Of a DNA stretch of 64,000 bases, positions 51,301-64,000 are shown piece by piece (positions within the stretch are counted from its first letter, which is position 1; each line of letters opens with the position of its first letter). Source of the stretch: Lingula anatina (Eukaryota > Animalia > Brachiopoda); contig CM120640.1 of assembly GCA_051362555.1 (NCBI GenBank), positions 57,390,788-57,454,787 on the forward strand. The letters run 5' to 3'. The notes beneath the pieces were generated by a model. That model did not search any database. It saw only the letters and a program-made list of their open reading frames with translations, and was not told the DNA's origin. Position numbers and translations under genes: made by a program.

Positions 51301-53918
51301 TTGCTGATACACAAGTTTCTTCATCTTCATTGAATATCAAACGATTTTTCTTCCTCACACGGGGAGGCTAATTAAAACAGGTGAAGACATAATCACTCAC
51401 AGCAGAGTCATAATTTATAACCACTGTTCTCTGCATTTATATCTCTTATAATACAACCTTCAACTTTTCCATAGATCTACAATTCTACCAATCACTTTAG
51501 ATCATCTAAATTGTTGAAACATAATTGATATAACAGTTAATCAAATATTATATATAAAGCCATCATCATGGTTCACTATTTAACGCATAATTGATTATAA
51601 ATGATGAAATGCCTCATAAGAGATAAAGCTTTTATGGTAGTCTGTGACATCAGCCACTGGTCCGCTGCGCATGACCAGTAAATTTACGTGGACCAGATTT
51701 TTTGGAATGTGTGAATTTAGTGGTCCCACATGGTCATTAGATTTTTTCAAAAAAGCTTTTGATTTTATTTTTTTTTTTAGAAAGTTAACTTTAACATGAT
51801 GATTCCAGATAAAAAACATTTAACAAAATCAAGGTCTTGTTATAACTACATGAAGGCAATAGGTGTAAATATCCAGGATTTTTTAATTTTTTATTCGGGC
51901 CAATCAGTGTAAGAAATTAAGGCTGGACCGTCTGCCCGGGGCAGACAACTTTCAGAACGGGCAGAGAAGTTTTCCCACCCGGCAGGCATTCTAGCCAGCT
52001 AATTTCCAAGATGGCTGAGCTTTCAGTCCAGCAACTTATTTTCCTAAGAGGCAAACACTGGGGCCAATGAATCCCGATTCAGGCCAGAAGATTTTAGGAA
52101 ACTGGTGGTCTGCATGGCCAGTAAGGTAAAAAGTTTGTCACAGTCTGTTATAGGAAATAGAACAAGTTACTTACATTCCCTCTCCTTGCTGGAGGTGTCC
52201 GTGAATTACCTGGAAATATAATGTCAATGTTTCCTTTATAGTTTTTGAAAATATGGCAATCTTGCTTATGAACAAATTATAACCATATGCTCCATGAATT
52301 ACCATTACTAAAATGCACATTTTCCAAATGCCCATCACCAACCTTCCTAAACTATTTTCACTTATTCTTTTATAACTAAGGAGCTTTCCTGGTAAACTAC
52401 ATTTTCCGTTTTAACGCCCAGCCCCTGAGATTCTCTTTGTGTCCTGCAAGGACAGTGGGAACCAGGGCCGATTTATAGACTTGTATTCAGTACAAATTCT
52501 TTGCAATCTCGATGTTTCTTTTAGTTGTAGATTGAACTTTACATGGTTAACATTATTTTAGTCAAGTCATATAACAAATATTAATGACATATAAAATTTA
52601 CATTGCACAATTCTATTATGTCTAGAATTATGTATGTAGTTCATTATGCTATTATTACAAGTTTTTTACTACTAACATACAGGTTTCCCTCTTTCCTGTA
52701 TGACATGGTATAACCATGGCAGAGGAAAATCTCATTTGAGATGTAGTTTAAGGAAGAAACTAGGTGAGACTTACCAACAGAGACTGCCTAAAGTATCAAT
52801 GAACATACTGTGCTCTTACATGACATTTTGAATAATTCTGAGTCATCTCAAATTCTCTATAGTACACATTTCAAAAGTGGACATGAATTCTATGGACCTC
52901 TTTTGTTGAAAAAAATCCAAAACCAATATATATGATGATACCATGGGGTGGGGGTGGGAGGGGTAGTAATCACAGTTCACATGAAATAAAATCAATTTAC
53001 AGTAAATAAAACTTCATTTGTATCTCATTGATAATGCGAATCAAAAATCCTGAAAATCAGAAATCACCAGGTTTAATGACTTTGTTTCTTCAAGGCCAAA
53101 GAATAAAAAACTGCATTCACAAGTCATAGGAAAAAAATAAGATAGAGAAATTTAAAATCAAATTTTCAAAGCTGTGGCACTGGGACAATATGTTAATCAG
53201 GGACCTTAGTGCTGGAGGGTCCATACATATATGTATTAATATTATTTTTATTCAATAATACTACTGAATGAACTACTAGTACTGTGACATCTAAATGTTT
53301 AGACCAAATTTGTGGCTTTAGCCGTTTTGTAAAATATGTCCTTGTTTCAGCTGATATTAACATTAAACATAACCACCTTCAGGGCCTTCCAGGAGGTTTC
53401 TGGAGAGATAAATGATGTTTATTACAGTATGATTTTTAAGTTGCCAATATGATCCAACCGGTAGGTTATTTATTATCATCCATGTGACTGTCGAAATCAA
53501 AATGTTTTACCGAAAGGATCTATATTACCGAGTCTTTGTTGACAAATTGCATGGTGCGTATAGCATTCAATGTATAAAAACATTGCCAGTGGTATATCTA
53601 AAAAGGGTCACAATTAAACCCCCCAAAGAATACTTTGTATCATGTAATAAACAAAATGCTTGTATTAAACCAATCTGAAGAGCAGAAATTAACTTTGAAA
53701 TTGAAGTTAGGAAGCAATAAGTGCCAGCGCAAGGCAGATCAAGACTAATTATTTTTAAGATCATACTTGAACCCCACCCCAATTCCTCTAAAAAAGGGGT
53801 ACATTTATCCAATATACAACATGTCTTAGTCGGGCTTTTATTATCCAGCTTTAATCGTGCACTCAACATGCAACGGACCCATAAACTTACTTTCACCAGA
53901 GTCGTCTACCTCCGCCAT
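42382..53918 (-). CDS. LIN9: Protein lin-9 homolog (MuvB/DREAM subunit), 15 exons, about 505 aa
   Basis: Exons 53918-53891, 52209-52175, 51367-51263, 51034-50904, 50557-50432, 49939-49782, 49509-49376, 49161-49051, 48834-48733, 48446-48366, 48163-48038, 47833-47729, 47445-47368, 47219-47125 and 42484-42382 total 1518 nt. Motifs RLRNLLKLPKAHKW..YEWFYSNID, IRRLMGKPRRCSSAFF (DIRP), DGLFTG...YRITFDRQGLGTHSIPDFEVL (Tudor-like) and C-terminal FQNSVEIHINHIQSGLSQMGNLHAFAA match LIN9. The first two exons are less certain. Confidence 0.94.
42602..46996 (-). mobile_element. HINE family A, copy 3, filling the last LIN9 intron and interrupted by a second HINE
   Basis: Both termini match copy 1 (aactagaggatcagagaggcgataccgcctc ... 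gctggtggtactaa); about 3 of the 146-bp units lie at 42895-43350. Confidence 0.82.
43489..46372 (-). mobile_element. Nested HINE family B present as a partial tandem dimer
   Basis: 3' end aacaaggcagcaaagctgtcaaatgtacagac (hairpin plus subTIR); 5' palindrome atgtacagacacatctgtgtctgtacat; (cggcat/cga)n microsatellite. 43800-44757 is duplicated in 44810-46370, which has additional internal repeats of about 400 and 150 bp. Confidence 0.75.
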
Positions 53919-55720
53919 GTTTGACGCGCCTCTTTTTAAAGAGGAACTCTGGGTAATCTCGAAATGAATCGCGTGGGGACAGCTCCCTAGAGGAAGAGGT
54001 GGGGAATCCGAATGATAGTGTGCCTGAAAGAGTTAGCATGCTGTTAGTGTACGATGTACCTCCTTGGTTAGTGGAAGTGATAAATGCATGCATAGACGCA
54101 TGAAAAATAAAATTAATGTATAAAAGTCTAAATGTAAAAATTTAGTAGTGTAGTAATTATAGAAATAATTTTAAGTCAACTAATACGAATGAACCAAGTG
54201 TTGCCCCAACTACATGTATTGGGCTCTAAGGTCAGATTTTTTGTACGACGGAGAAATTCGCAGTAAACCACAAAGTCGCCCTAATTATACATATTTAAAC
54301 ATTTTCACCACTAAAAAATAAACGAATAAATAAATCGAGTTGCTATGCTTATTTAACAACGTACAGTACATGTATTATTGGTGAACTGACCTGTTTACAA
54401 AGATCTACAAAGAGTCGCCGCACATAAACTAACTTATCAATTTTATATACCAACAGGCAAGGAGTTTTAAAACCCCTTGCAACAAGCTACTATGAGTGCT
54501 GGAAGCATTAGGTAAAAAGAAAAAGAAAGGTAGGGGAAAGGGGTAGCGATCATAGTTTACAGGAAGTAAAATCGTCAATCCACAGTAAATTATACTGTAT
54601 TCATATCTCACTGATATTGTGAATCAAAAATCCTAAAAATCACTGGGTTTAGTGACTTTATTTCTTGAAGGGCGAAGAATAAAAAGCTGCATGCACATGT
54701 CACGCAAAAAAATTAAGATAAAGAAATTTAAAACCAAATTCTCAAATTAAGCCATGTTGCTGCCACAATCTATATTTACAGGACCCGGTATGACTGAAAT
54801 ACGCAATACACCGCAATACAGCGCAACACAGTGCAATACACTTCAAAAATTAAATCCAGTTGCAATTGCACAAAAGAAATTACCATTCCCAGCAAAGCAG
54901 GGTGATATAAAAACAACCTATATTGCTAGGTAAGTAATATCGTTGATATAACTTAACAAATCAGCAAGACTTTTATATTGTCCGGTTGGCAGCCATGGTG
55001 GCGAGTGGCTCTTCTTGGATATATTACTGGCCAAGAAGAGCTACTCGCCAACATGGCGACTGACCAAACAATGAAAAAATTGTCAAGTTGAATCAGCAAT
55101 ATTAATAACTGTGCACTATATTTAGCTTTTATATCGCCCTATTTTATTTGAGATTACCCTTTCCTGTGTTTACAGTACTTGCAACTGGACTTGTGTTATC
55201 AAGTGTATTACGCTGTGTTGCGCTGTATTGCAGTGTATTGCGCATTTCAGTTACACCCTACAGGACCTAAGTGCCAGAAGGTCCACACATTTATGTATTA
55301 ATATTATTTTCGTTCAATAATAATATTGAATGTATTACTAGTAGAGTGACTTAAAACCTCTAAATGTTTAGACCAAATATGTGGCTTACATGTATCTGCC
55401 ATTAGGCAAGGAGTTTTAAAACTCCTTGCAACAGGCTGCTACTAGTGCTGGCAGCATTTACGGGTAGGTAAAATGAAAAGGAAAGGTAGGGAAAAGGGGT
55501 AGTGGTCACACTTCACAGGAAATGAAATCATCAATTTACAGTAAATAAGTTGCTATGCTCATTTAACAATGTATCTACTGGTGAACTGACCCTGTTTACA
55601 AAGAGTCACCGCATATAAACTAACTTATCAATTTTATCTGCCAACAGGCAAGGAGTTTTAGAACTTGCAACAGGCTACTATGATTGTTGGCACACTTAGG
55701 TAAAAGGAAAAAGAAACATC
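52960..55720 (+). repeat. Local direct duplications flanking LIN9 exon 1
   Basis: 52960-53320 is similar to 54540-54785 plus 55260-55390; 54338-54570 is similar to 55549-55715 and 55405-55545. Confidence 0.7.
54786..55258. mobile_element. Mutator-like foldback MITE with a 9-bp TSD
   Basis: Long imperfect TIRs; TACAGGACC is duplicated at 54777-54785 and 55259-55267; a paralogous empty site lies near 53198-53225. Confidence 0.85.
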
Positions 55721-57564
55721 ACATATTGGCCTTAGTTTGCAAAATTTTTGACGATTCGAAGATTTAGTTCAAGAAGGTTGCTTCTACTATATGTTAATTG
55801 ACCTGTTTGCCAGCTGCACTACAGGTAAATGATAACAGCAGGGTTGTTGTAGGGACTAAGATTATGGAGGGGGAGGGTGTTTGTCCTTGGCATTAATATA
55901 TTGTATCAAGTTTAATCATATATAGTATGACATTTTCCCTGTAAAAATGTATGGGGTTTGTGAGATTTTGCAAATTGAAAAAATGAAATTTAATACACCC
56001 AGCACTTGTATACCCAAGATCAGAGAAAGGGTTGTAAGAAATATTTATCTCTCCAGAAACTGAAACACTGAGATTAATGCATAAGGGATATGTGTGATTA
56101 AAAGACCTATTTACTTCACCTTAATCATATATTTAAAAAAATTAAATCCGTCTATAGCTCCAACATGTGACAGTGCAACTTACATGGAAGTAGTTTGAAT
56201 ACTGTAATTAATTCACTTTTTCACATTTATTGATGTCCTAAATGATTGATCAAAATTTCACATTTAGCTATGGAAATATATGCATTTGTGTAAACAACCC
56301 CCACATTTCATTTCAGTACTTGAGGGTGCTGCCATATTTGATATTTATGTGCTTGACAAAATATTACTCTTTTGAACACTGTTTCAAACTCTAAATTAGA
56401 TGGTCAGATAGTTGTACAACAATACATGTATGTCAGTTTGGTCCTGCCCCCAGTCAAATGCGCAGGTGCTTGGAGTACTGCAAAGTAGACCACCTCAGCA
56501 ATTTAGCTTGCAAATTTTTTTAATGCAAAGATCATGACAGGATTACCAAACACTGAAAATGAATACTAGTTAAAATAAATTTTAAGTATTTAATGAAAAG
56601 ACCATGACTGGATTATCATGCAAACACACCAAAAAACGAATAACAGTGTATCTTATTTTTACTCACATCAATGCTTGGCTTTGCCATCTGCCAGTACTAA
56701 AAATAGGTACCCCTGCTGCTCAGCAAATGCCTCCCACCTAATGGTGTCCATTTGCAATTCGATGATCTGAAATTGCCCTCAAAAGCTGTAAATTGGTGGC
56801 AGTTGCATGGATTTGACACCTCAACACTGTCAAATAAATAATGCATCATTTGTGCATGGTGGAATAGCACTGGTATTTACTGCAATCGCGATTAGCAGGA
56901 CCAAAGATGGGCCTCTCTTCTCTTATTATAAAGGGTTGGGTTTTAAAAATAATTTTGCAATTTGCTTGCTCTCTGAGCAATTTAATTTATTTATTGCAAA
57001 TGCTACTTGTTGTTCAGTGGTATTTGAAAACCCATATCTGTATTGTTCACCAAATAACAGATAAAATATATTTTTGTTTTAGGTGAAATTTACCTGTTGC
57101 TAAGGTTATAATTGCCAATTTTGAGAAATGTGTAACTTGCCTAGGCATTAATCATTCATTTATTTTTAAATTGCATTGTTTATATATGTACCAGACATCT
57201 TGGAATTCTAGTTTAATTTTACATTCCCATAGCATGGTTTGTGAAACATAATAAAGATGTCAGCTTCAGTATGCACCCGTGTATTTCATTTTTGGAAGGT
57301 GGGTGTGTACATTTTGGTTTTGCAAAAGGGAGGGCTACCATTCTCTGGATCAGCTTTTATATATACAGTAGTAGGTATACAAGCAAGTCATATTGAGTAC
57401 ATATATTGCAAAATATGCACCTACTAGTAAATAGGACATATTATTGCATTATGTTATCTCTATCTGTTACACTTTAGACTGAAACTGGTTAGTTGCTTCA
57501 TGATAAGACTAAGGATGGTTTACGGAGAATTTTGATTACTTAAATGAAGTCAATATTTGTGCAG

Positions 57565-57669
57565 GTCACGAATCGTCGCAGTTCAGTGTTAAGGCATAGT
57601 TCCTTCCTTATCTTCGCTACGGCAGCTGCAAGGACAGCATGTTGACCACGGGGTGTTTGTCAGTACAGG
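57565..57669 (+). other. Possible 5'-UTR exon of the cytokine receptor gene
   Basis: A GC- and CpG-richer segment bounded by gtgcag and gtaaag. The first coding exon has its own acceptor at 59788 ahead of the ATG, so an upstream exon should exist, but this placement is a guess. Confidence 0.3.
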
Positions 57670-58242
57670 GTAAAGTATAACTTTTTTTAAACATTTAGTG
57701 GATTTATTATGCGTTTAAAAATATTTGATATAACCCTTTTTCTAAACATTGGAATTGGAATGACATGAAACATATGAAGAAGTAGATTCATACAAGGCTT
57801 TTTATGGCTCTGTATATATTCTGAACATTCTCTGATCAAGGTATCTGTGTTCTGTATGTTCTCCTTGTCTGGTATGTATGCTGCTCACCCTGTAAATGCC
57901 AAACTGTATTTCTTTTAACTAATTGAGTCACTTTGTTTGGTAAAACTATAAATGCCAAACTGTATTTTGTTACTTCAACTTTGCTGAGTGTCTTTGTTTT
58001 GTAAAAATGCCTTGTGGATATCAACAAGAATGGGCATTTTTGACAAGAGTTATCAAACTTTATAATTTTTTCTTTTATATGTATTTTGTTTATGTTAATT
58101 TGTCCCATAAATTTCATGTATAGTTGTGTCTTTGTCAGGATAAAATACAGGTTCCAAATGAAAATCAGCACGATTAGATGATTTTTTAATGAAATTTATT
58201 AATATTTGTTATTTTTATGTTATTTTGCATGAATGATTGTGA

Positions 58243-58244
<2 letters not shown>

Positions 58245-58284
<40 letters not shown>
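58245..58284. repeat. Poly(C) run, 40 nt
   Basis: Direct read. Confidence 0.9.
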
Positions 58285-59807
58285 ATATATGTACCAAACT
58301 GTAATTTTATTTTTACTTAACATTTACTGAGGAGCTTCTGGTAAAAGGCTCATCCAAATAAAAAATCAGCACAAACAAATTACTTTTAAGGGAGATATTG
58401 AATATTTCCTTTTTTCCCTTTTTTTTGTTGCATGTAGTTGGCATCATTCACCAAATTGGAATGAGTTTTAACTTCAAATTAACTCGAGTTGAACCTGTAC
58501 AGATGCTTTAGATTTATAGCTTATATAATACACTGCTACAAACTTAGTGTAAAATGAACAGTCAATTAAGTATTGTATGGTAAATACACACTGTTCATGG
58601 AATCAGTCAGTGCATGTTTACTGGGATTTCCCAGTTCCTGTTAAAATGTGGTTACCGTAGTGGAATTTCCTACTTTCTGTTTATAGTCTGTATGCTATTT
58701 TTGCCAGCTTTGCTCTCTGGTTTCTGAGTCTGTGCTATTGTTACGTACACATGTGTAGGGAATAGAGAGAAAACACTAGCAGTTTGAAGGTACTGATTGG
58801 CAGTAATTTCTACAAAATGTTTTTGACTTTTTGAGAATATTCTAATAGGAAATGGATCTTATCAGTATGATTTGGGAACATTGTTAACTACTCATGAATC
58901 TTTTTAATAGATATATCTAGCATGAAAAAGATTAAGTCATGAAACAACTGCACCTGTAATGAAAGTTTGTTTTGCTCTTTCTTATCCCATTCATGATTCT
59001 GTACTGAAATTAATTCTGCTGGAATTGATGGGATATTTTCTCGTGGTGTGTATTTCCCAGGTATCAGTTTATCTTATCTTATTACAGAACTATCCTGAAA
59101 GCGTAAGGCTACATTTTGACATTCAAAGGCATTTCATTGTAAGGTAATCTAAATTTCAGGCAGATGATTGTATTTCAGTTTTGATGAAATGGGCTGTAGG
59201 TACAGTACTTTTATGTGTAGCTCCTTCACTGTTCAGAGAAAGTGTAAATTTTGCTGGCATATACTTGTACATGTATATTGAATAACACTGAGTTAATTGA
59301 AATATCAATTCACTGCCAGATACTGTAGAAATTAGTGGTACTACAGAATGTGCACAAAAGATGATACTTTTTTTAATTAATTAATTAATCTATAGATATA
59401 TTGATTGGCATAAATATAAATTTGAAGAGTCATGGTGGAGTTGGAGTTGTTAAAATGTTTAGTGCATTAACGTTATTTATTATAGTTTAAAACTTGAAGT
59501 GGCAATGCCTGTGGTTTGTCTTAAAAATACACTGTATATATTTACCTACGTTCACACAAACAGTTATTTTAAACATGTATTCAGTATGTTTTTTACTAAA
59601 TTTAATAAATATTGATTGATGCAATATGTTCATTTCATGCCAAAAGTCTTCTTGGATCCTTTTATTAAAATATTAAAGATTTAACTCATAAGCTAGTATA
59701 AACCTTCAGCTGTGTTACATATATGCAGTTTTTAAAAAGGAAAATAGAACCAAAAATAAATACAATAATCTTTTTACTTCCCTTACAGTCTCATCGAAGT
59801 GAATGAC

Positions 59808-62800
59808 ATGAAGGGTGGACTTAGGTCGATTTGCCTCATTCTCATGATGTTGTTAGAAGTGTTATCTGGCTTTCCTGACTTGGCTAGTTTCCGACCACCG
59901 CCTTTTGGAAGTACGTAATTATGGTAGTACCTAGAGTCAGAGCTTGAGGTGATTTGGTACCCTAACTTCCATCTGCAGTGTTTTGAAAATCATTACCTGT
60001 CAATAAATTTGTTTGAAAAAATGGAGGAGGTGTGTATTTTTGCCATCATATTCTCTCTTCCATTGTTAAAGTATCCCTTTTTTTCACTTTATTTTGTCAT
60101 TTTCAGGTCTACTTCCCCGGGACCCCATAGTTGCTGAAAGACAGATTCTGAATTTGACTTGTGAATTGGATGTGTCCCTCCTAAAGAAGGCCATCAATGC
60201 AACAAATATATTTTTCACATTTCATCCCCTTCCCCTGGATAATTCAGATATTAATGACTTCAACCACTCAGTGGAGATAATATCTGAGACAACAGCAGTA
60301 CTTTCAGTTCTCAGCCTTCCTGTGGGTAAGACTGGCAGGTACAGTGCTCGTTGTAATGTCAATCAGACAGGTGGGATAATCACAAAGGGACCTGCACAAG
60401 AGATCATTGTGGAAGGTAAAGATTTTTAAAATTCTGTTGATATTACAAAGATCAAATTGTTGATGCTTTCCCTGTTTATTATATGATGTGTCGTTGTGTT
60501 GGATAATCCAATTGCTTTTCTTTGGGAAAAATAATATAAGATAAAACTAAATCTCTAGTATTTATAGCACATTTATTTTGTTTCAGGCCAACCAGATGTT
60601 CCCAAGAATGTGCAGTGTGTCTTCCATGCCAGGACAACACTCAACTGTACATGGGATAATGGGAGAGCCACTGGGAGTGCCACCAACTGGACATTGCTTT
60701 GGACCATGGATCCTGATTCCAGGTAAATCATAGGGCAAGGAGAGAGAAACCAAGAGTATTCAGGCTCTAAATAACTTTTTAAAAGTTTTACTGCTTTGGA
60801 AAATAACATTATAATATAAATATAGTTTTCTCCTTCTTCCTGTGCTCCTCTATCCCCCCTTTTTTTTTTTGGGGGGGGGGATGAGGGGAGTTTATTCAGT
60901 AAAATTATTTTATAATATTTATTTCATCATATCTTGACAGAAATTAGATTTAGGAATTTTATGTATTGTTACCAAACTAGATGGCTGTTAGTATTGCTAA
61001 TATTAACAAATGGTATCATGTCGTTCCAGTCGGTTGTTTATTTGTATATATTGTAAGTGTAAAGATAGTTGCAAAACCCTAAGATGCCCTTATATTGCAT
61101 TCCATGACAACAACTGAATAATCTACTGTAATTGATGGAAATTGTTATGAAAATTTTCTCTCCTTCATGCAGCCCTGTTCCCTGTCAGCTCCTTTCAGCT
61201 ACTATGGACTCTTGTAAGTGGGTGGAGGAGCAGACAGTGGCTCAGATACAGTCTGGTACTACAATGCTTGTGCAGGTCATTGCACAAAACACATTCTGGA
61301 CAAAGAGGACTTCCAAGATTCTGGTTGATCCTTTTAAATTAGGTATGACCAAGTGAATAAGATTATCTGCCATATGATGGCAGTTTGCAAAAATTGGCAG
61401 TGATGTATGTACCAGTACGTATTCTGTGCATCTTAAAATACTTGGAGTTCCATTGACAGTTTTGGATGTGGTCAGTGAAGCCTTTTTATATCTTATCTTT
61501 GTGCAAGTTGAGATTTTTATTGTTTCTATCTTTAAGATGACTTAAAAAATAAGAACCTTAAAGTTGCAAGAAAACAAAAACAGATTTATATCTATTGGTA
61601 TTACATGTATCTATGTAATTACAGTAAAGCCAGACCCAGTTACACACATTGATGTACAGACAAATGCAAGTTCAGTTTTAATTTTGTGGCCTGCCCCGAA
61701 GTTTTCAGAGGAACACACAATTCAGTGGTGGAATGGGACATGCTGTGTAAAAAATGTAGGTTAAATCATTATTTAGTTCATTTTTATAGTATTTCTTTGC
61801 TTTGATTGATGTGGTTGACAAAAAATGACAAAAAAAGGCTTGGCAAAATATTGACATGATGATAATTGCACATTTCCATAGCTAACTTAAATACTGTGAA
61901 TTAGTTTTCTCAAAGCGTTAATTAAAGGTCTGTGTGAGTTTTTTTTTTTTTTTCTCATCACCATGGCCACCAGTTTTTAGCAGTTGGCTTAAAAATTATA
62001 TTCTTTTTGTTGATAGTCTAACAAAAATGCAAAATCTGTTTTCTTTGTTTATTTTCAGTCCATGAGAAACTTTCTTTTAACTCTATCACTACTCCATTAA
62101 CTACAACAGAACTATTGTGCACTGTGTTCATAATGCTATGATCTACACTGCTACCCCTTACACTGCTACACTTTAACACTTCTATGTCTGTAGACCTGCT
62201 TTTATTTATATCTGTACCTTAAAGTGCCCCAACTTGCACTTTTAATTGCCATCTGATGATAAGTACTAAATATTGGAGGATGACGGACTGTGAACATGAA
62301 TGTATACTAGTACATATCATTCTGTTAAAGTTGGGGGATGACAGCAGCAAATAGCATATGACTTTGAATGGTTGACTGCAATGTACAAAAACTAATCAAG
62401 TACCTAGGCTATTTGAGAGTGAATCATCATGTTGCTTGAACCCATTTAATGATAGCATCCAAAAGTAGTCGAACTTGAATAGTTCACTGCAAACCATTTG
62501 CTAAATTAAACCAATGCAGTATAGCTCTACAGGATTTCCAGCTGCAACGAAGTCCAGTAGTTCAAGTAAGAATTTTAGTCCTATAATATAAACTATCAAA
62601 TGCTCTTAAAACAATTCATCCTAGCAACATTTCAATTATAAACATTTGGTAACTAAAAGGATGCTACAATATAGATGACACATGCAGTTTCCTTGTCTGG
62701 AATATTCATTGGGTTGGTCACAGGGGAAACATCTGGAAGATGGGCATGGTTTGCCTTTTTACCTAAGGTGTTTAAAAATCATATATGAATAATTCAATTT

Positions 62801-64000
62801 TAAAAAAATGTTTATTTCTTTTCAGCTGGTAGTACTAGGGACTGACATTGTATCAGTAGTGATTGAAGACATGGCTCCAAACATCAATTATACCGTATGT
62901 ATCAAGTCTAAACCTAGGACAAGTGGCTTCTTCAGTGACCCTGTTTGTAGAGTCATTGGGATGATCCATACAACTACAGGTACTCAGATTCTTTATCTGT
63001 AACTGCAGACTTTACTCACAGTAATAATTGACCGAGTGAAATGTACTTGAGTAGAGTAACAGGCAATTGTATAACTAGCTAATTTTAATAATAAATAGCA
63101 TTACAATGGTATCAAACCTATTAGTTACTGTTAATTGTGATCCACTGTCATCTGTAAACATTACTATTTTTCACCTGTCACTACTGTCATATAAATTTCC
63201 TTCACCTCTGTTGGCAAATTTTTCATGTATTAGTAGCCAGTGATATGGTATTAGAGCCAGTGGCTACAGGATTTGTGCCAGTGTCAACTGTTGGCATTGT
63301 TACTGGAGTGACCTTAGCAGCTCTCTTTCTGATTGGAGGCATCTTGTTGCTTATGAAGTAAGTATTAAAATATTGGTCTACTAATAAACTGTTTGGATTC
63401 AGTTAATAAACCGATGAACAAACAAAGAGCCTTGCTCTCTCTCTTAGCTTGACAAAATATTTCTTTGCTACATAATATACATGTAAATATGAAATAGAGT
63501 AAGAACTTGAACAAGAGTTTATTAAATTGCAGGATGCACAAATATGTGCACAAAAAGATTGCTATCATGGTACCTGAAACCATAAAGGAAGAGGTGGGTT
63601 TATAATTTTCTGCTTTGGATTTTCTAGCACTGATAATTAGCAGACATAATTAACATTTTTCTACTAGTGGAATTTGCAACTGAGTATTTAACAATATAGT
63701 TATGCAATTTTGACATCAAAAAGAGACTTAAAATTTGGTCTGACGAAGATGGTAGTCTGTTGTTGCATGAGAACATTTACAGATCAATCAAGCTCTTAAT
63801 TCTCTAATGCAAGGTGGAATTACTTGAATGTTTTAATATCTTCTGAATAACTAACCTATAAAAATTAATTATTTGAGTGCGCATTTATCAGGTACTTGGA
63901 CAAAATAGTTGCCAGAGTCTCAGAATAGATGATGAAAGTGTGGATAGTGGAATCCAGTTTTCTTCATCTAGTAGCATCACCCCAACTAGTCAAGGACACA
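59808..64000 (+). CDS. Class I (gp130/Domeless-family-like) cytokine receptor, short form; 3' end beyond the window
   Basis: Exons 59808-59910 (signal peptide), 60107-60415 (Ig-like, LTC...YSARC), 60587-60722 (PDVPKNVQC...LNCTWDNG, the CHR C-x9-CxW pattern), 61173-61342 (second Cys pair), 61625-61755 and 62826-62979 (second FN3, VKPDPV...SGFFSDP), 63234-63357 (TM), 63533-63593 (Box1-like IAIMVPE) and 63892-64000+ (DSGIQFS). All junctions are GT-AG and phase-consistent. Confidence 0.82.

Noticed and set aside
53919-53980. CHR (TTTAAA) and GGCGCG motifs upstream of the LIN9 ATG
   Set aside because: Short motifs, not in canonical CDE/CHR spacing, and the TSS is unknown.

Overview
AT-rich, intron-containing eukaryotic DNA from an invertebrate animal (a lophotrochozoan or non-vertebrate deuterostome is my guess; the sequence alone does not settle it). 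I assembled four multi-exon genes by hand from GT-AG junctions with consistent phase: EXOSC3/RRP40 (minus, 4 exons, 235 aa); a 20-exon type-B leucine-rich-repeat GPCR resembling LGR4/5/6 and the bursicon receptor (plus, 1215 aa); LIN9 (minus, 15 exons, about 505 aa); and a short class I cytokine receptor (Ig plus CHR plus TM, plus strand, running off the window end). Introns and spacers carry many non-autonomous elements: nested Helentron-associated HINE/DINE-like elements with a 146-bp tandem array, Harbinger-like and Mutator-like MITEs, an Academ-like deletion derivative with a transposase remnant, and a 323-bp mini LTR retrotransposon whose LTRs each contain a tRNA-like sequence (Helenus/TRIMp3 type). 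The most notable items are the LGR with an LGR5-like concave face and altered N1.50/D2.50 positions, the tRNA-bearing TRIM, the compact cytokine receptor, and two AG/GT-flanked 23-nt copies of a LIN9 exon end. Most short ORFs in the supplied track are spurious. All homology calls rest on motif recognition from memory, not database searches.
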